A stretch of DNA of 64,000 nt from Bacteroidota bacterium (GTDB lineage Bacteria; Bacteroidota; Bacteroidia; Sphingobacteriales; Sphingobacteriaceae), in assembly GCA_039798705.1 (NCBI GenBank), contig JBDKFN010000002.1, positions 32,290-96,289 of the forward strand. Reading direction: 5' to 3'. Under the pieces are notes generated by a model. It ran no database searches, was not told the origin of the DNA, and saw only the letters and a program-made list of their open reading frames with translations. Made by a program: the position numbers and the translations under genes. Shown here in pieces: positions 47,206 through 57,213 of this stretch (position 1 is its first letter; every line of letters begins with the position of its first letter).

Positions 47206-49308
47206 CTAAGAAATCTGCTCCCAATTAATTTGATTTTTATTTTGAATCGATAAGTAAGCGCGCAGGCAATAATTTGCTGGAGCTGCAAGGTTTGCGTCTT
47301 CAGCTAAAATCTCTTGTGCTGCAATTCTTGCTTCTTGTAATATTCTTTGGTCTTTTGCTAAATCTGCAATGTGAAGGTCTAATACACCGCTCTGCTGTGT
47401 GCCTTGCAAATCACCAGGGCCGCGTAACTGTAAATCTATTTCAGATATTTCAAATCCATTGCTGGTTTGCACCATGGTTTGTAATCGTGTTTTACCATCG
47501 TTAGATAATTTATTTCCAGACATTAAAATGCAATAAGATTTCTCAGAACCTCTACCCACTCTACCTCTTAATTGATGTAATTGAGAAAGCCCGAAACGCT
47601 CTGCATTTTCTATAACCATAATGGAAGCGTTAGGAACATTTACTCCTACTTCTATTACGGTAGTTGCCACCATAATCTGTGTTTCGCCTTTTACAAATCT
47701 TTGCATTTCAAAATCTTTATCTGCAGGTTTCATCTGTCCATGCACCACTGATACTTTATATTTTGGAAGCGGGAATGCACGAACAATGCTTTCGTATCCT
47801 TCATTTAAATTTAATAAATCTAATTTTTCAGATTCTTTAATTAAAGGATAAACGACATATACTTGCCTGCCCTTTTCTATTTCTTTTGCAATGAATGCAT
47901 TTAATCTTAACCGTTGGCCTTCTGTTTGATGAACGGTTTCAATAGGCACCCTTCCTGCAGGTAATTCATCAATTACAGAAACGTCCAAATCTCCGTAGAG
48001 CGTCATCGCTAAGGTTCTCGGAATAGGCGTTGCAGTCATAACAAGCACGTGAGGAGCCTGTTTATTTTTCTTCCAAAGCTTTGCTCTTTGCTCTACTCCG
48101 AATCGGTGTTGTTCGTCAATAACCACCATCCCTAAATTTTTAAACTGAACAGTTTCTTCAATTAAGGCATGCGTGCCAACAACTATATGGCATTCGCCAG
48201 TAAGTAAATCTGCTAGTGTTTCTTTTCTTGCTTTTGATTTTGCAGAGCCTGTTAAAATGCTAATTTTTACAGGCAAATCGGAAAGCATTTCTTTAAGCGA
48301 ATGAAAATGTTGTTGCGCTAAAATTTCAGTTGGAGCCATCAAGCAAGTTTGAAAACCATTGTCAATAGCAAGCAACATGGTCAATAGCGCAACCATGGTT
48401 TTCCCACTTCCTACATCCCCTTGAAGCAGCCTATTCATCTGCATTCCAGAAACTGTATCCGCTCTAATTTCCTTAACTACTCTTTTCTGTGCTCCTGTTA
48501 ATTCAAATGGAATTTTTTCTTTATAAAAGGTGTTGAATAAATCTCCTACTTTATTTAACACAAATCCCCTCGATTTTAATTTTCTATTCGAATTTATTTT
48601 TAATAATTTGATCTGTATTAAAAACAATTCTTCGAATTTTAATCGAGCAGTAGCGCGTTGTAGTTTTTTCGCATCGGTTGGGAAATGAATTTCTGCTATT
48701 GCTTCTGCCCTAGGAAGCATATTGTACTTAGCAATAATTGACGTTGGTAAGTTTTCTCTAACTTCTTTTAAAGCAACAGAAAGCAATTGCTTCTGAATTT
48801 TCAAGAAGCCTTTACTATCTAAGTAAAACGATTTTAATTTTTCTGTTGTATTGTAAACAGGCTGCAATGCAGTTGCTACAGATTGGTCGTGGTTGGCGAC
48901 TGTTTCAATTTCTGGATGAACAATATTTGCTTTCGACCCAAAATAACTAGGCTTACCAAACACAACATAGCTTGTTCCAATTATTAAATTTTTGTCGGCC
49001 CATTTTAATCCTTGAAACCAAACACATTCAATCATGCCAGTTGCATCTTCGAATTGGGCAACCAATCTTTTGCCTTGTCTTTCTCCTACAACTTGCTTGT
49101 TAATTAATTTTCCAATAAACTGGATAAATGGTAAGTCTGCCGATACTTCTTTGATTTGATAATACTTGGTACGGTCAATGTATCGAAATGGGTAATGAAA
49201 CAATAGGTCTTGAAAGGTAAATATCCCCAACTCTTTTTTAAGCACCTCTGCTTTAGTTGGACCAATTCCTTTCAAAAATTCAATTGGTGTTTCAAAAAAA
49301 TTACTCAT
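47206..49308 (-). CDS. recG: ATP-dependent DNA helicase RecG
   Basis: Wedge domain, helicase motifs (GDVGSGKT, DEQHRFG, TATPIPRT, QLHQLRGRVGRG), 700 aa. Confidence 0.95.
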   Translation of the reverse strand: MSNFFETPIEFLKGIGPTKAEVLKKELGIFTFQDLLFHYPFRYIDRTKYYQIKEVSADLPFIQFIGKLINKQVVGERQGKRLVAQFEDATGMIECVWFQGLKWADKNLIIGTSYVVFGKPSYFGSKANIVHPEIETVANHDQSVATALQPVYNTTEKLKSFYLDSKGFLKIQKQLLSVALKEVRENLPTSIIAKYNMLPRAEAIAEIHFPTDAKKLQRATARLKFEELFLIQIKLLKINSNRKLKSRGFVLNKVGDLFNTFYKEKIPFELTGAQKRVVKEIRADTVSGMQMNRLLQGDVGSGKTMVALLTMLLAIDNGFQTCLMAPTEILAQQHFHSLKEMLSDLPVKISILTGSAKSKARKETLADLLTGECHIVVGTHALIEETVQFKNLGMVVIDEQHRFGVEQRAKLWKKNKQAPHVLVMTATPIPRTLAMTLYGDLDVSVIDELPAGRVPIETVHQTEGQRLRLNAFIAKEIEKGRQVYVVYPLIKESEKLDLLNLNEGYESIVRAFPLPKYKVSVVHGQMKPADKDFEMQRFVKGETQIMVATTVIEVGVNVPNASIMVIENAERFGLSQLHQLRGRVGRGSEKSYCILMSGNKLSNDGKTRLQTMVQTSNGFEISEIDLQLRGPGDLQGTQQSGVLDLHIADLAKDQRILQEARIAAQEILAEDANLAAPANYCLRAYLSIQNKNQINWEQIS

Positions 49309-49378
49309 TGTTTAAAAATAGAAATAAATCCCAAAGACACGAAAATATATTTCTATTTTGCAGCCTGAAAAAAATGAT

Positions 49379-50269
49379 ATGTCAAAAATAAAACAGTTCT
49401 TACCAATCATACTGTTGATTGCACTTGCGCTAATTTGGGGAAGTTCGTTTATACTTATGAAAAATGGACTAAGGGTTTATTCGGCTGCTCAAGTTGCAAC
49501 CATGCGCATGTTTTTCTCATTCATTTTCTTATTACCCTTAACCATAAGTAATTTTAAAAAAGTACCATTAAAATATTTAGGTATCATAACGCTAGTAGGG
49601 TTACTTGGCAATGGGTTGCCAGCTGTTTTGTTTGCCAATGCACAAACAAAACTGTCTAGTTCTACTGCCGGTGTTTTAAATTCGCTTACCCCTTTGTTTA
49701 CTTTAATTGTGGCGGTGACTTTTTTTAAACAACATTTTTCTTCAACAAAAATTACAGGAATTGTAATTGGAATGATTGGCGCAATTGTTTTGATTATGTT
49801 TAAAGGAAATGGAAGCATCGAAACTAATTACCTTTACGGCTCTTATATTTTCTTAGCAACTTTGTGTTATGCTTGGAGTGTTAACTTAATAAAAAATTAC
49901 TTACACGAATTGCCAGCGATTGCAATTTCTTCGATGGCGCTTTTAATTATAGGGCCAGTATATGGTTATTATTTATTTGCCCACACCGACTTTGTATTTA
50001 AGACAATGCATGATGCAGCTGCGCATCAAGCTTTGGTTTACATTTTATTGCTTGCGCTTTTTGGAACTGCAATTTCTTTGGTGTTGTTTAATAAATTAGT
50101 TCAATTAACTACGCCCGTATATGCAGCATCTGTAACCTACTTAATACCTATAGTCGCTTTGTTTTGGGGCTTCTTAGACGGAGAGCCCATTAGCTTTATT
50201 CAAATTCTTGGCTTGCTTGGAATATTAATTGGCGTTTATTTAGCGAATAAAAATTACAGCAAGGCTTAA
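49379..50269 (+). CDS. DMT superfamily (EamA-like) transporter
   Basis: Ten TM helices in two EamA-like halves. The track start at 49358 is a TTG; the ATG at 49379 (MSKIKQFLPIIL) is preferred. Confidence 0.8.
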   Translation: MSKIKQFLPIILLIALALIWGSSFILMKNGLRVYSAAQVATMRMFFSFIFLLPLTISNFKKVPLKYLGIITLVGLLGNGLPAVLFANAQTKLSSSTAGVLNSLTPLFTLIVAVTFFKQHFSSTKITGIVIGMIGAIVLIMFKGNGSIETNYLYGSYIFLATLCYAWSVNLIKNYLHELPAIAISSMALLIIGPVYGYYLFAHTDFVFKTMHDAAAHQALVYILLLALFGTAISLVLFNKLVQLTTPVYAASVTYLIPIVALFWGFLDGEPISFIQILGLLGILIGVYLANKNYSKA

Positions 50270-50277
50270 GCAACTGC

Positions 50278-51015
50278 TTACATTTTTCTTAAAAATTCTG
50301 ACCACAACTGATGGTAAGCAAGCGCAGCTTTAGAATAAGTTGAATAGGAAACCAATGGCGCTTCATACAAACCCATACGCTCTACATCTGTTGAGTATGG
50401 AATTGCAGTATGTAAAAATCTTTTTTTGTTTTCAAATTCTGAAACAATATCTACTTGCATCTTTTTTCTAGCATCATACATAGAAAAGAAAGGCAATATT
50501 TTATGCTTGTCTAAATTATTTTGCTCGAAAAATTCTATGATCATATCATAACTACGCACAGAAAGAGTGGTAGGAATCATTGGCATTAAAATATAATCGG
50601 CTGCTTGAAAAATATTTTCAGACAAAAGCGAAATGCCTGGAGGCGCATCGATAAATAAATTATCGTATGTTCCAGCTAAACCCTTAATTGCTTCGGCTAA
50701 TTTCTTTTTAGAACCACGGCCTTCTTCTAAAAAAGAATCCATGTTTCTTATCGATAAATCTGCAGGGATTAAATCTAGGTTTTCGTATTCTGTTTCTTTA
50801 ACCGACGCTAAAATTTCAGAATCTCTTCCGATTAAGCTTTTCGCGCCACCTTTAAATTTAGGTTTAACTCGGTAGTAAAATGAGGTAGAGCCTTGTGGAT
50901 CTAAATCCCATAATAAGGTATTTTCTCCTTCAGAAGCGGCTATTGCTGCTAAATTTACAGCGGCAGCGGTCTTACCGACACCCCCTTTTAAATTGTAAAC
51001 TGCTATCGTAATCAT
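50278..51015 (-). CDS. ParA/MinD-family P-loop ATPase (orphan, no adjacent parB)
   Basis: Deviant Walker A (NLKGGVGKT), DLDPQGS and IDAPPG. Confidence 0.8.
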   Translation of the reverse strand: MITIAVYNLKGGVGKTAAAVNLAAIAASEGENTLLWDLDPQGSTSFYYRVKPKFKGGAKSLIGRDSEILASVKETEYENLDLIPADLSIRNMDSFLEEGRGSKKKLAEAIKGLAGTYDNLFIDAPPGISLLSENIFQAADYILMPMIPTTLSVRSYDMIIEFFEQNNLDKHKILPFFSMYDARKKMQVDIVSEFENKKRFLHTAIPYSTDVERMGLYEAPLVSYSTYSKAALAYHQLWSEFLRKM

Positions 51016-51078
51016 AAAATAAATATATAAAAAAAATTATTTTTCGCACCTTTATTAAAATCTCATCAAAAAAATCAA

Positions 51079-52173
51079 ATGAAAATTAAAGCACTTTGCG
51101 ATTTTTTAGAATCATATGCTCCACTTGCTTATCAAGAAGATTACGATAATTCTGGTTTAATAGTAGGCAGCCCTGATACGGAGCTTAGGAATGGCGTTGT
51201 TTGTTTAGATTGCACCGAAGCGGTTGTAGATGAGGCTATTGCAACTGGCGCTAATATCATTATTGCCCATCATCCAATCGTTTTTAGCGGATTAAAGCGA
51301 TTCAATGGCAAAAGTTATGTTGAAAGAGTGGTGATGAAAGCCATCCAGCATGATATTGCTATTTACGCCATTCATACCAATTTAGATAATGTAAAATTAG
51401 GAGTCAATAATGAAATTGCTAACCGAATTGGTCTTCAAAAACGTCAAATTTTAGCCCCGAAAGCGGGTGAGATTAGAAAATTGACTTGCTATTGCCCAAA
51501 TGAGCAGGTTGGCGTATTGAGAGACGCGCTATTTGCTGCTGGCGCAGGCCAAATTGGCAACTACTCTGAATGCAGCTTTACCAGTACAGGTGAGGGGACT
51601 TTTAAGCCTGGGCATCGAAGCAATGCTTATATCGGTGAAAAGGGTATTAGGCATTACGAACCAGAAATCTGCATCGAAGTTATATTTCCACAGCATTTAC
51701 AAAGTGGAATTATACAAAACATGATCAATCACCATCCATATGAGGAAGTTGCCTACCAAATTTTTCGAATAGAAAACCCGAATCAAGAGGTTGGAAGTGG
51801 CATGGTTGGGATTTGGGAACAAGCTGGAACTTTACAAGATTTTTTAGCTCATTGTAAAAAGCAGTTCAAAACAGGAGTAATTAAACATACGGCCGATTTA
51901 GGTAAAAAAATAGAAAAAGTGGCCATTTGCGGCGGTTCAGGTAGCTTTTTAACAAAAGCGGCTATTGCGCAAGGCGCCGATGTGCTTTTTACATCCGATT
52001 TTAAATACCATCAATTCTTTGATGCTGAGGCTAAAATTGTACTTATTGACGTTGGACACTATGAAAGTGAGCAGTTTACGATGGATCTGTTATTAGAAAT
52101 AATTCAAAATAAATTTCCTACATTTGCACTCTCCTTAACGAAAATTAATACTAACCCAGTATTTTACTATTAA
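51079..52173 (+). CDS. Nif3-like dinuclear metal centre protein with an inserted PII-like domain
   Basis: IIAHHP, AIHTNLD and DVGHYESE metal-ligand motifs; 364 aa. Confidence 0.85.
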   Translation: MKIKALCDFLESYAPLAYQEDYDNSGLIVGSPDTELRNGVVCLDCTEAVVDEAIATGANIIIAHHPIVFSGLKRFNGKSYVERVVMKAIQHDIAIYAIHTNLDNVKLGVNNEIANRIGLQKRQILAPKAGEIRKLTCYCPNEQVGVLRDALFAAGAGQIGNYSECSFTSTGEGTFKPGHRSNAYIGEKGIRHYEPEICIEVIFPQHLQSGIIQNMINHHPYEEVAYQIFRIENPNQEVGSGMVGIWEQAGTLQDFLAHCKKQFKTGVIKHTADLGKKIEKVAICGGSGSFLTKAAIAQGADVLFTSDFKYHQFFDAEAKIVLIDVGHYESEQFTMDLLLEIIQNKFPTFALSLTKINTNPVFYY

Positions 52174-52194
52174 AAGGCAGATTATTAAAGAAAG

Positions 52195-52932
52195 ATGGAA
52201 GCAACAATAGAACAAAAATTAAAAGCTTTATACGAATTACAAACGATTCATTCTGAAATTGATAAAATTCGTATTGTTAGAGGTGAACTTCCAATGGAAG
52301 TTGCAGATCTTGAAGATGACGTTGCAGGATTAGAAACTCGCATTCATAAAATCAAAGAAGAGATCAACGAATTAGAAGACGAAATCGTTAATCGTAAAAA
52401 TACAATGAAACAAGCTGCTGCCGCTATTAAAAAATACGAGGAGCAACAAAATAATGTTAAAAACAACCGCGAGTACGAAGCGCTTTCAAAAGAAATTGAA
52501 ATTCAAGGTTTAGACATTCAAGTTTCAGAGAAAAAAATTAAAGAATATACTTTTGAAATTGGAAACAAAACAAGAGTATTAGAAGGAGCTCAAACTTCTT
52601 TAGATGAAAGAAGAAAAGATTTAGATCTTAAAAAAGCTGAATTAGATGTCATCACTAAAGAAACTGAAAAAGAAGAAGAAGCTGCAATGAAAAAAGCGGC
52701 TAAGGCTGAAAAGTTAATTGAAGAACGTTTGTTAATTGCATACGAAAGATTAAGAACAAACGCTAAAAATGGATTAGCTGTTGTAACTGTATCTAGAGAT
52801 TCTTGCTCTGGTTGTTTCAACAAAATTCCGCCTCAAAGACAATCAGACATCAGACAAGGTAAAAAAATTATTGTTTGTGAACATTGCGGAAGAATCTTAG
52901 TAGACGACAGATTCGTAAAAGCAGAAGCATAA
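52195..52932 (+). CDS. COG1579-type coiled-coil protein with a C-terminal C4 zinc ribbon
   Basis: Long heptad-rich region, then CSGCF...CEHCG. Conserved pairing with nif3. Confidence 0.7.
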   Translation: MEATIEQKLKALYELQTIHSEIDKIRIVRGELPMEVADLEDDVAGLETRIHKIKEEINELEDEIVNRKNTMKQAAAAIKKYEEQQNNVKNNREYEALSKEIEIQGLDIQVSEKKIKEYTFEIGNKTRVLEGAQTSLDERRKDLDLKKAELDVITKETEKEEEAAMKKAAKAEKLIEERLLIAYERLRTNAKNGLAVVTVSRDSCSGCFNKIPPQRQSDIRQGKKIIVCEHCGRILVDDRFVKAEA

Positions 52933-52958
52933 TTTTAGACAATATTGTTAAAATAGAA

Positions 52959-52992
52959 AAACGATTCCTATCTTCATGGAGTCGTTTTTTTT
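52959..52992 (+). terminator. Rho-independent terminator after the zinc-ribbon gene
   Basis: aacgattcc-(9-nt loop)-ggagtcgtt (one G-U pair) followed by T8. The T-run abuts the next ATG. Confidence 0.65.
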
Positions 52993-54480
52993 ATGCCAAA
53001 ATTTCGCTACCTATTTTTTTTATGCCTCTTGATTTGTAGCAATGCTGCGAATGCGAATTTTGTGTTTAACGACAATTGCATTAAGGCTTATAAAAATATT
53101 TTATCGTTAAAATTCAATGAGGGCGCATTGCAAATTCAGCAAGAAAAAAAAATAAACCCGAGTAATAAAATTCCAGTACTACTAGAAAACTACATCGACT
53201 TTTTAAAAGTGCTAACAACAGAAACTAATGCCAGTTTCGAAACGCTCAAATCAAATAAATCAAAAAGATTAGATTTAATTGCAAGCGACGATGCAAGTTC
53301 TCCTTGGTATTTATATGTGGAAGCTGAAATTAATTTGCAAAGCTGTATCAATCGATTTAAATACCAAGAATTTATCAGCGGCGCATATGAATTACAAAAA
53401 GCTTATAAGTTACTGGAAGAAAACCAGCACAAATTCCCAGACTTTTTGCCAAATAAAAAGAGTTTCGCCTTGCTATATGGATTAATAGGAATGGTTCCTG
53501 AGCAATACAAATGGGCGCTTTCATCAATTGGCCTCAAAGGAAATGTAGAGCAAGGCGCAGCAATGTTAGAAGATTTGACGCAGAAATTACCTAAAAGTAG
53601 CTATGCTTTTCTGTACGATGAATCTGCATTCTTTTTGAGTTTTATTTATTTAAGTAAAGAAGGTGACCTAGGCGCATTTGACAAAATAAAAAATGTTTGT
53701 GATGTGATTCCGAATACAAATTTACTTGGCGTTTATATTAAAGCACTTGCTGCAAGCAAAACTGGGCATACAGACGAAGCCATTCAACTATTAATGGAAC
53801 GACCGAAATCGAGTGCATATGCCTCTTTCTTTCACCTAGATTATTTATTAGGATTATGTAAAATAAATAGATTTGACAATGATGCAGCAAATTATTTTGA
53901 GAGTTATTTGAAAAACTATACAGGCAATTTCAACATTAAAGATTCCTATTTAAAAATTGCATGGTTCCATTTGTTGCGTGGAAATATCGATAAATACAAT
54001 GCTTATATTTCTCTTTGCAAGGTGAGAGGGCAAGCCATTTCAGAAAAAGACAAAGATGCTCAAAACCTTTGTTTACAAGTGTATCCGCCAGACTTGTCAT
54101 TATTAAAGGCGCGGCTATATTTTGATGGCGGCTATTATGATAAAGCATTGCTGTCTTTGAAAGATAAAAAAGCAAGTAGCTTTACTTTAACAAAAGAAAA
54201 GTTAGAATACCTATACCGACTTGGCAGAATTTATCACCAACAAAATAGAATTGAACAGGCAATTATGTTTTATACCTCGACCGTAAGCACTGGTTTAAAT
54301 ATGCCTTATTACTTCGCAGCAAATGCTTCACTGCAGTTGGGTTATATTTATGAGTATAAAAAAAATTATCCTAAAGCGCAGTATTACTATAGCCTTTGTA
54401 GCCAAATGAAAAACGAGGAATACAAAAATAGCATCGAAACAAAAGCAAAAGCTGGCTTAAGAAGAGTCGCTAAACAGTAG
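52993..54480 (+). CDS. Hypothetical secreted TPR-like repeat protein
   Basis: Signal peptide (…SNAANA). All-helical repeat-like sequence with TPR-like segments near the C-terminus (LGRIYHQQNRIEQAIMFY, LQLGYIYEYKKNYPKAQYYY). Confidence 0.45.
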   Translation: MPKFRYLFFLCLLICSNAANANFVFNDNCIKAYKNILSLKFNEGALQIQQEKKINPSNKIPVLLENYIDFLKVLTTETNASFETLKSNKSKRLDLIASDDASSPWYLYVEAEINLQSCINRFKYQEFISGAYELQKAYKLLEENQHKFPDFLPNKKSFALLYGLIGMVPEQYKWALSSIGLKGNVEQGAAMLEDLTQKLPKSSYAFLYDESAFFLSFIYLSKEGDLGAFDKIKNVCDVIPNTNLLGVYIKALAASKTGHTDEAIQLLMERPKSSAYASFFHLDYLLGLCKINRFDNDAANYFESYLKNYTGNFNIKDSYLKIAWFHLLRGNIDKYNAYISLCKVRGQAISEKDKDAQNLCLQVYPPDLSLLKARLYFDGGYYDKALLSLKDKKASSFTLTKEKLEYLYRLGRIYHQQNRIEQAIMFYTSTVSTGLNMPYYFAANASLQLGYIYEYKKNYPKAQYYYSLCSQMKNEEYKNSIETKAKAGLRRVAKQ

Positions 54481-55729
54481 CGGCTGCAGCTCTTTTGGCT
54501 AGTTTTTCTTTAACGATTTTACTCAATCGATAAACCATTAAAATATTAATGACTGATAAAACCAAAATTACATAGCCTAAAACATTAAAATTTTCTAATG
54601 GGCTAGTTTTTGTTTGTTGAACCACAATCATTCCGCCAATTGCAGCTGCAATACCACCTGCAAATTGTTGTAAAGAAGAATTAATACTCATGAATGCACC
54701 TCTATCTTGCATTTCAGGTAATGCAGAAACCAATGCCATTGCAGGTACCATGCGACTTAAAATTCCAATCATCATTACTACGTTCATGAATAATATAAAA
54801 TAAAACGGAACTGCAGAAAGGTTGGTGTATATAATTACTACTGTAGCCATCCAAATGCTTGCGTAGGTAAATACCTTAAACTTTTCAAATCGATCACTCA
54901 GCCTGCCTATTAATGGCATTATAACCAACGAACTTATGCCACCCACCATAAACATTATTGGCAATTGAGCTGGACTAACTTTTAGGTTGTTGATAGCAAA
55001 TGCGCTTCCCCACGGCATCATCATAAATCCTCCTAAAGACAATAATGCAGTTGTTAAAAAGCCTACACGATATTCTTTTCTAGCGATTGTATGCCATAAA
55101 TGTAAGAATGCGTTTTTATCTGTTTTAATCGTAAGGTGTTTGTTAATTGGTTGAAGTTTCCAAGCAATTATTAACCAGATTAATGATGCGAAAATTACAA
55201 TCATCATAAAGGGTGCTTCCCAATTAAAATAATTTGCGATATATAAACTAATAGGAATGCCCAATACTTGACTTGCGCCAAAGCCCATTTGCAAAAAGCC
55301 CATCACCCTACCACGTTTTTGGATTGGGAATAAATCAGCAACAATGGCTAACGATATAGAACCTATTACTCCACCGAATAAACCGGTTACAATTCTAGCG
55401 GTAATAAGCATACTATAATTAGTAGCCAGGCTACACATTAATGTGCCGATGATAAAACCGATATAGAAAAATAATAATAATTTTTTTCTATCGAATTTAT
55501 CTGCAAACCCAGCGGTAAGAAAACCAGAAATAGCTGCACTAAATGCATAACTTGAAACAGCGAATCCAAATTGAGCGGTTGTTAAACCCATCGATTTCAT
55601 AAGCATATCACCAAGTGGCGACATAACCATAAAATCTAACACAACGGTAAATTGCGTTAGTGCAAGAATTACAATGGTGATGATTTGATATTTATTGAAT
55701 TTTTCGACTACCGGTGCGTGTTGGCTCAT
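54470..55729 (-). CDS. MFS transporter
   Basis: Twelve TM helices; the GFADKFDRKK motif between TM2 and TM3 is typical of MFS. Confidence 0.85.
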   Translation of the reverse strand: MSQHAPVVEKFNKYQIITIVILALTQFTVVLDFMVMSPLGDMLMKSMGLTTAQFGFAVSSYAFSAAISGFLTAGFADKFDRKKLLLFFYIGFIIGTLMCSLATNYSMLITARIVTGLFGGVIGSISLAIVADLFPIQKRGRVMGFLQMGFGASQVLGIPISLYIANYFNWEAPFMMIVIFASLIWLIIAWKLQPINKHLTIKTDKNAFLHLWHTIARKEYRVGFLTTALLSLGGFMMMPWGSAFAINNLKVSPAQLPIMFMVGGISSLVIMPLIGRLSDRFEKFKVFTYASIWMATVVIIYTNLSAVPFYFILFMNVVMMIGILSRMVPAMALVSALPEMQDRGAFMSINSSLQQFAGGIAAAIGGMIVVQQTKTSPLENFNVLGYVILVLSVINILMVYRLSKIVKEKLAKRAAAATV

Positions 55730-55784
55730 GATATTTATTTAAGCCACAAATATGCGAAAAAAATATAAGACAGGTATATCCCAA

Positions 55785-57203
55785 TTATAATGCTTCGATG
55801 CTGCCTGTGCTATATTGTTTACCACTTTCAATACGATATAAATAGTGCCCTTTAGGCAAATTGAACGGAAACGCTACGGTATTATTTTGAGGGTATATGT
55901 TTTGTGTGGAAAGTAATTTACCATTTGAATCATAAATGAGCAGTTTTACTTGCTCTGCCCAATTGTTGTATTCAAAATTAACGCTGCCATTAACAGGATT
56001 TGGATATTGCCTAATTTGTAGTAGTTGGTTTTGAAAAATACCAGTAGTGCTTCCTGTTGTAAAATAAATTGGAGAAGAATTTAAACCTGCGACTCCATTT
56101 ACCTCAGTAGCAATTCTCCAATAATATTTTCTATTGGTCAATGAAAAATTATAATTAAAAAAAGTGTCGGTAATCCCTGATGAATCTAACTTGATAGCAG
56201 AAGCTGTAAATGCTGGTGTAGTACAAACCTGAATGCGGTATGAATTAGCCATTGCTACCTTCGCCCATTCGAAATGGGTTTGTGTTGACTTTCCGACAGA
56301 AGCATTTAATGGTAAAAGGAGTTGAGGCGCATTAAGACCTGTATATACTATTCTTGTTGTGCTTGCAGGGCTTTTAAAACCTCCGTTATTGGCAAATATT
56401 CTCCAAAAATATTTTACTTTTCCAGGGCTAAGTTCGCTAATGGCAACACTCAACGCAGCCGTTGATTTTCTTAAAACAATATTTTGGAATAAACTGTCGG
56501 TTGCGAATTCTAAATCATAAACCAATGCACCAGTTACTGCATTCCATTTGAAAAGGTAATTGCCGCTAATGCCTGCAAAATTATTTTCAGGCTGAATAAT
56601 AATTGGAGTATTGTTACAACTTGACGTATCTACTATTCCTTTGCTTACAAACATTTCGATTTTTTGTAAAGGATTGTCGTTTGCATCTCTAGCAGAAGAA
56701 ACAATATTATCGACTACCGTCATACCCGCAATTACTTTTCCGTATGCTGTGTAATTATTGTCTAGATGTGTGGCTGCTGCAACACAAATAAAAAATTGAG
56801 AGTTTGCTGAATTGATGTCGTTGTCTCTAGCAGCAGACAGGACGCCACGTTGATGAGATATAGGATTAAATTCTGCTGGAATATTTACTTGATTTGGATT
56901 GCCAATTCCCCATGTGCTTTTAGGGCCATGCTTCGAATTTGGATCACCTCCTTGAATTACAAAACCAGGAACGACGCGATGAAATGCAGTGGTATCAAAA
57001 AAATGTTCCGTAACTAAACTGTCAAAATTTCGAACATGTTTAGGCGCAATGCTTGGGTACATTTCTACTTCTACCGTTCCAATTTTTACACCAGCTCTAT
57101 AACTGTCAATTAAATAATGCGGCTTACCTTGGTAGTTTCCAATTTGCGCAACACTTAAATTATAAAATAATAAACAAAAGATTAAAGCAGAAAACTGGCG
57201 CAT
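55785..57203 (-). CDS. Secreted cyclophilin-type peptidyl-prolyl isomerase with beta-sandwich middle domains and a T9SS C-terminal sorting domain
   Basis: FHRVVPGFVIQGGDP and SQFFI cyclophilin motifs. The C-terminus (YPNPVNGSVNFEY...GHYLYRIESG...) is typical of a T9SS type A CTD. Confidence 0.85.
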   Translation of the reverse strand: MRQFSALIFCLLFYNLSVAQIGNYQGKPHYLIDSYRAGVKIGTVEVEMYPSIAPKHVRNFDSLVTEHFFDTTAFHRVVPGFVIQGGDPNSKHGPKSTWGIGNPNQVNIPAEFNPISHQRGVLSAARDNDINSANSQFFICVAAATHLDNNYTAYGKVIAGMTVVDNIVSSARDANDNPLQKIEMFVSKGIVDTSSCNNTPIIIQPENNFAGISGNYLFKWNAVTGALVYDLEFATDSLFQNIVLRKSTAALSVAISELSPGKVKYFWRIFANNGGFKSPASTTRIVYTGLNAPQLLLPLNASVGKSTQTHFEWAKVAMANSYRIQVCTTPAFTASAIKLDSSGITDTFFNYNFSLTNRKYYWRIATEVNGVAGLNSSPIYFTTGSTTGIFQNQLLQIRQYPNPVNGSVNFEYNNWAEQVKLLIYDSNGKLLSTQNIYPQNNTVAFPFNLPKGHYLYRIESGKQYSTGSIEAL

Positions 57204-57213
57204 CGTGTTGTAA

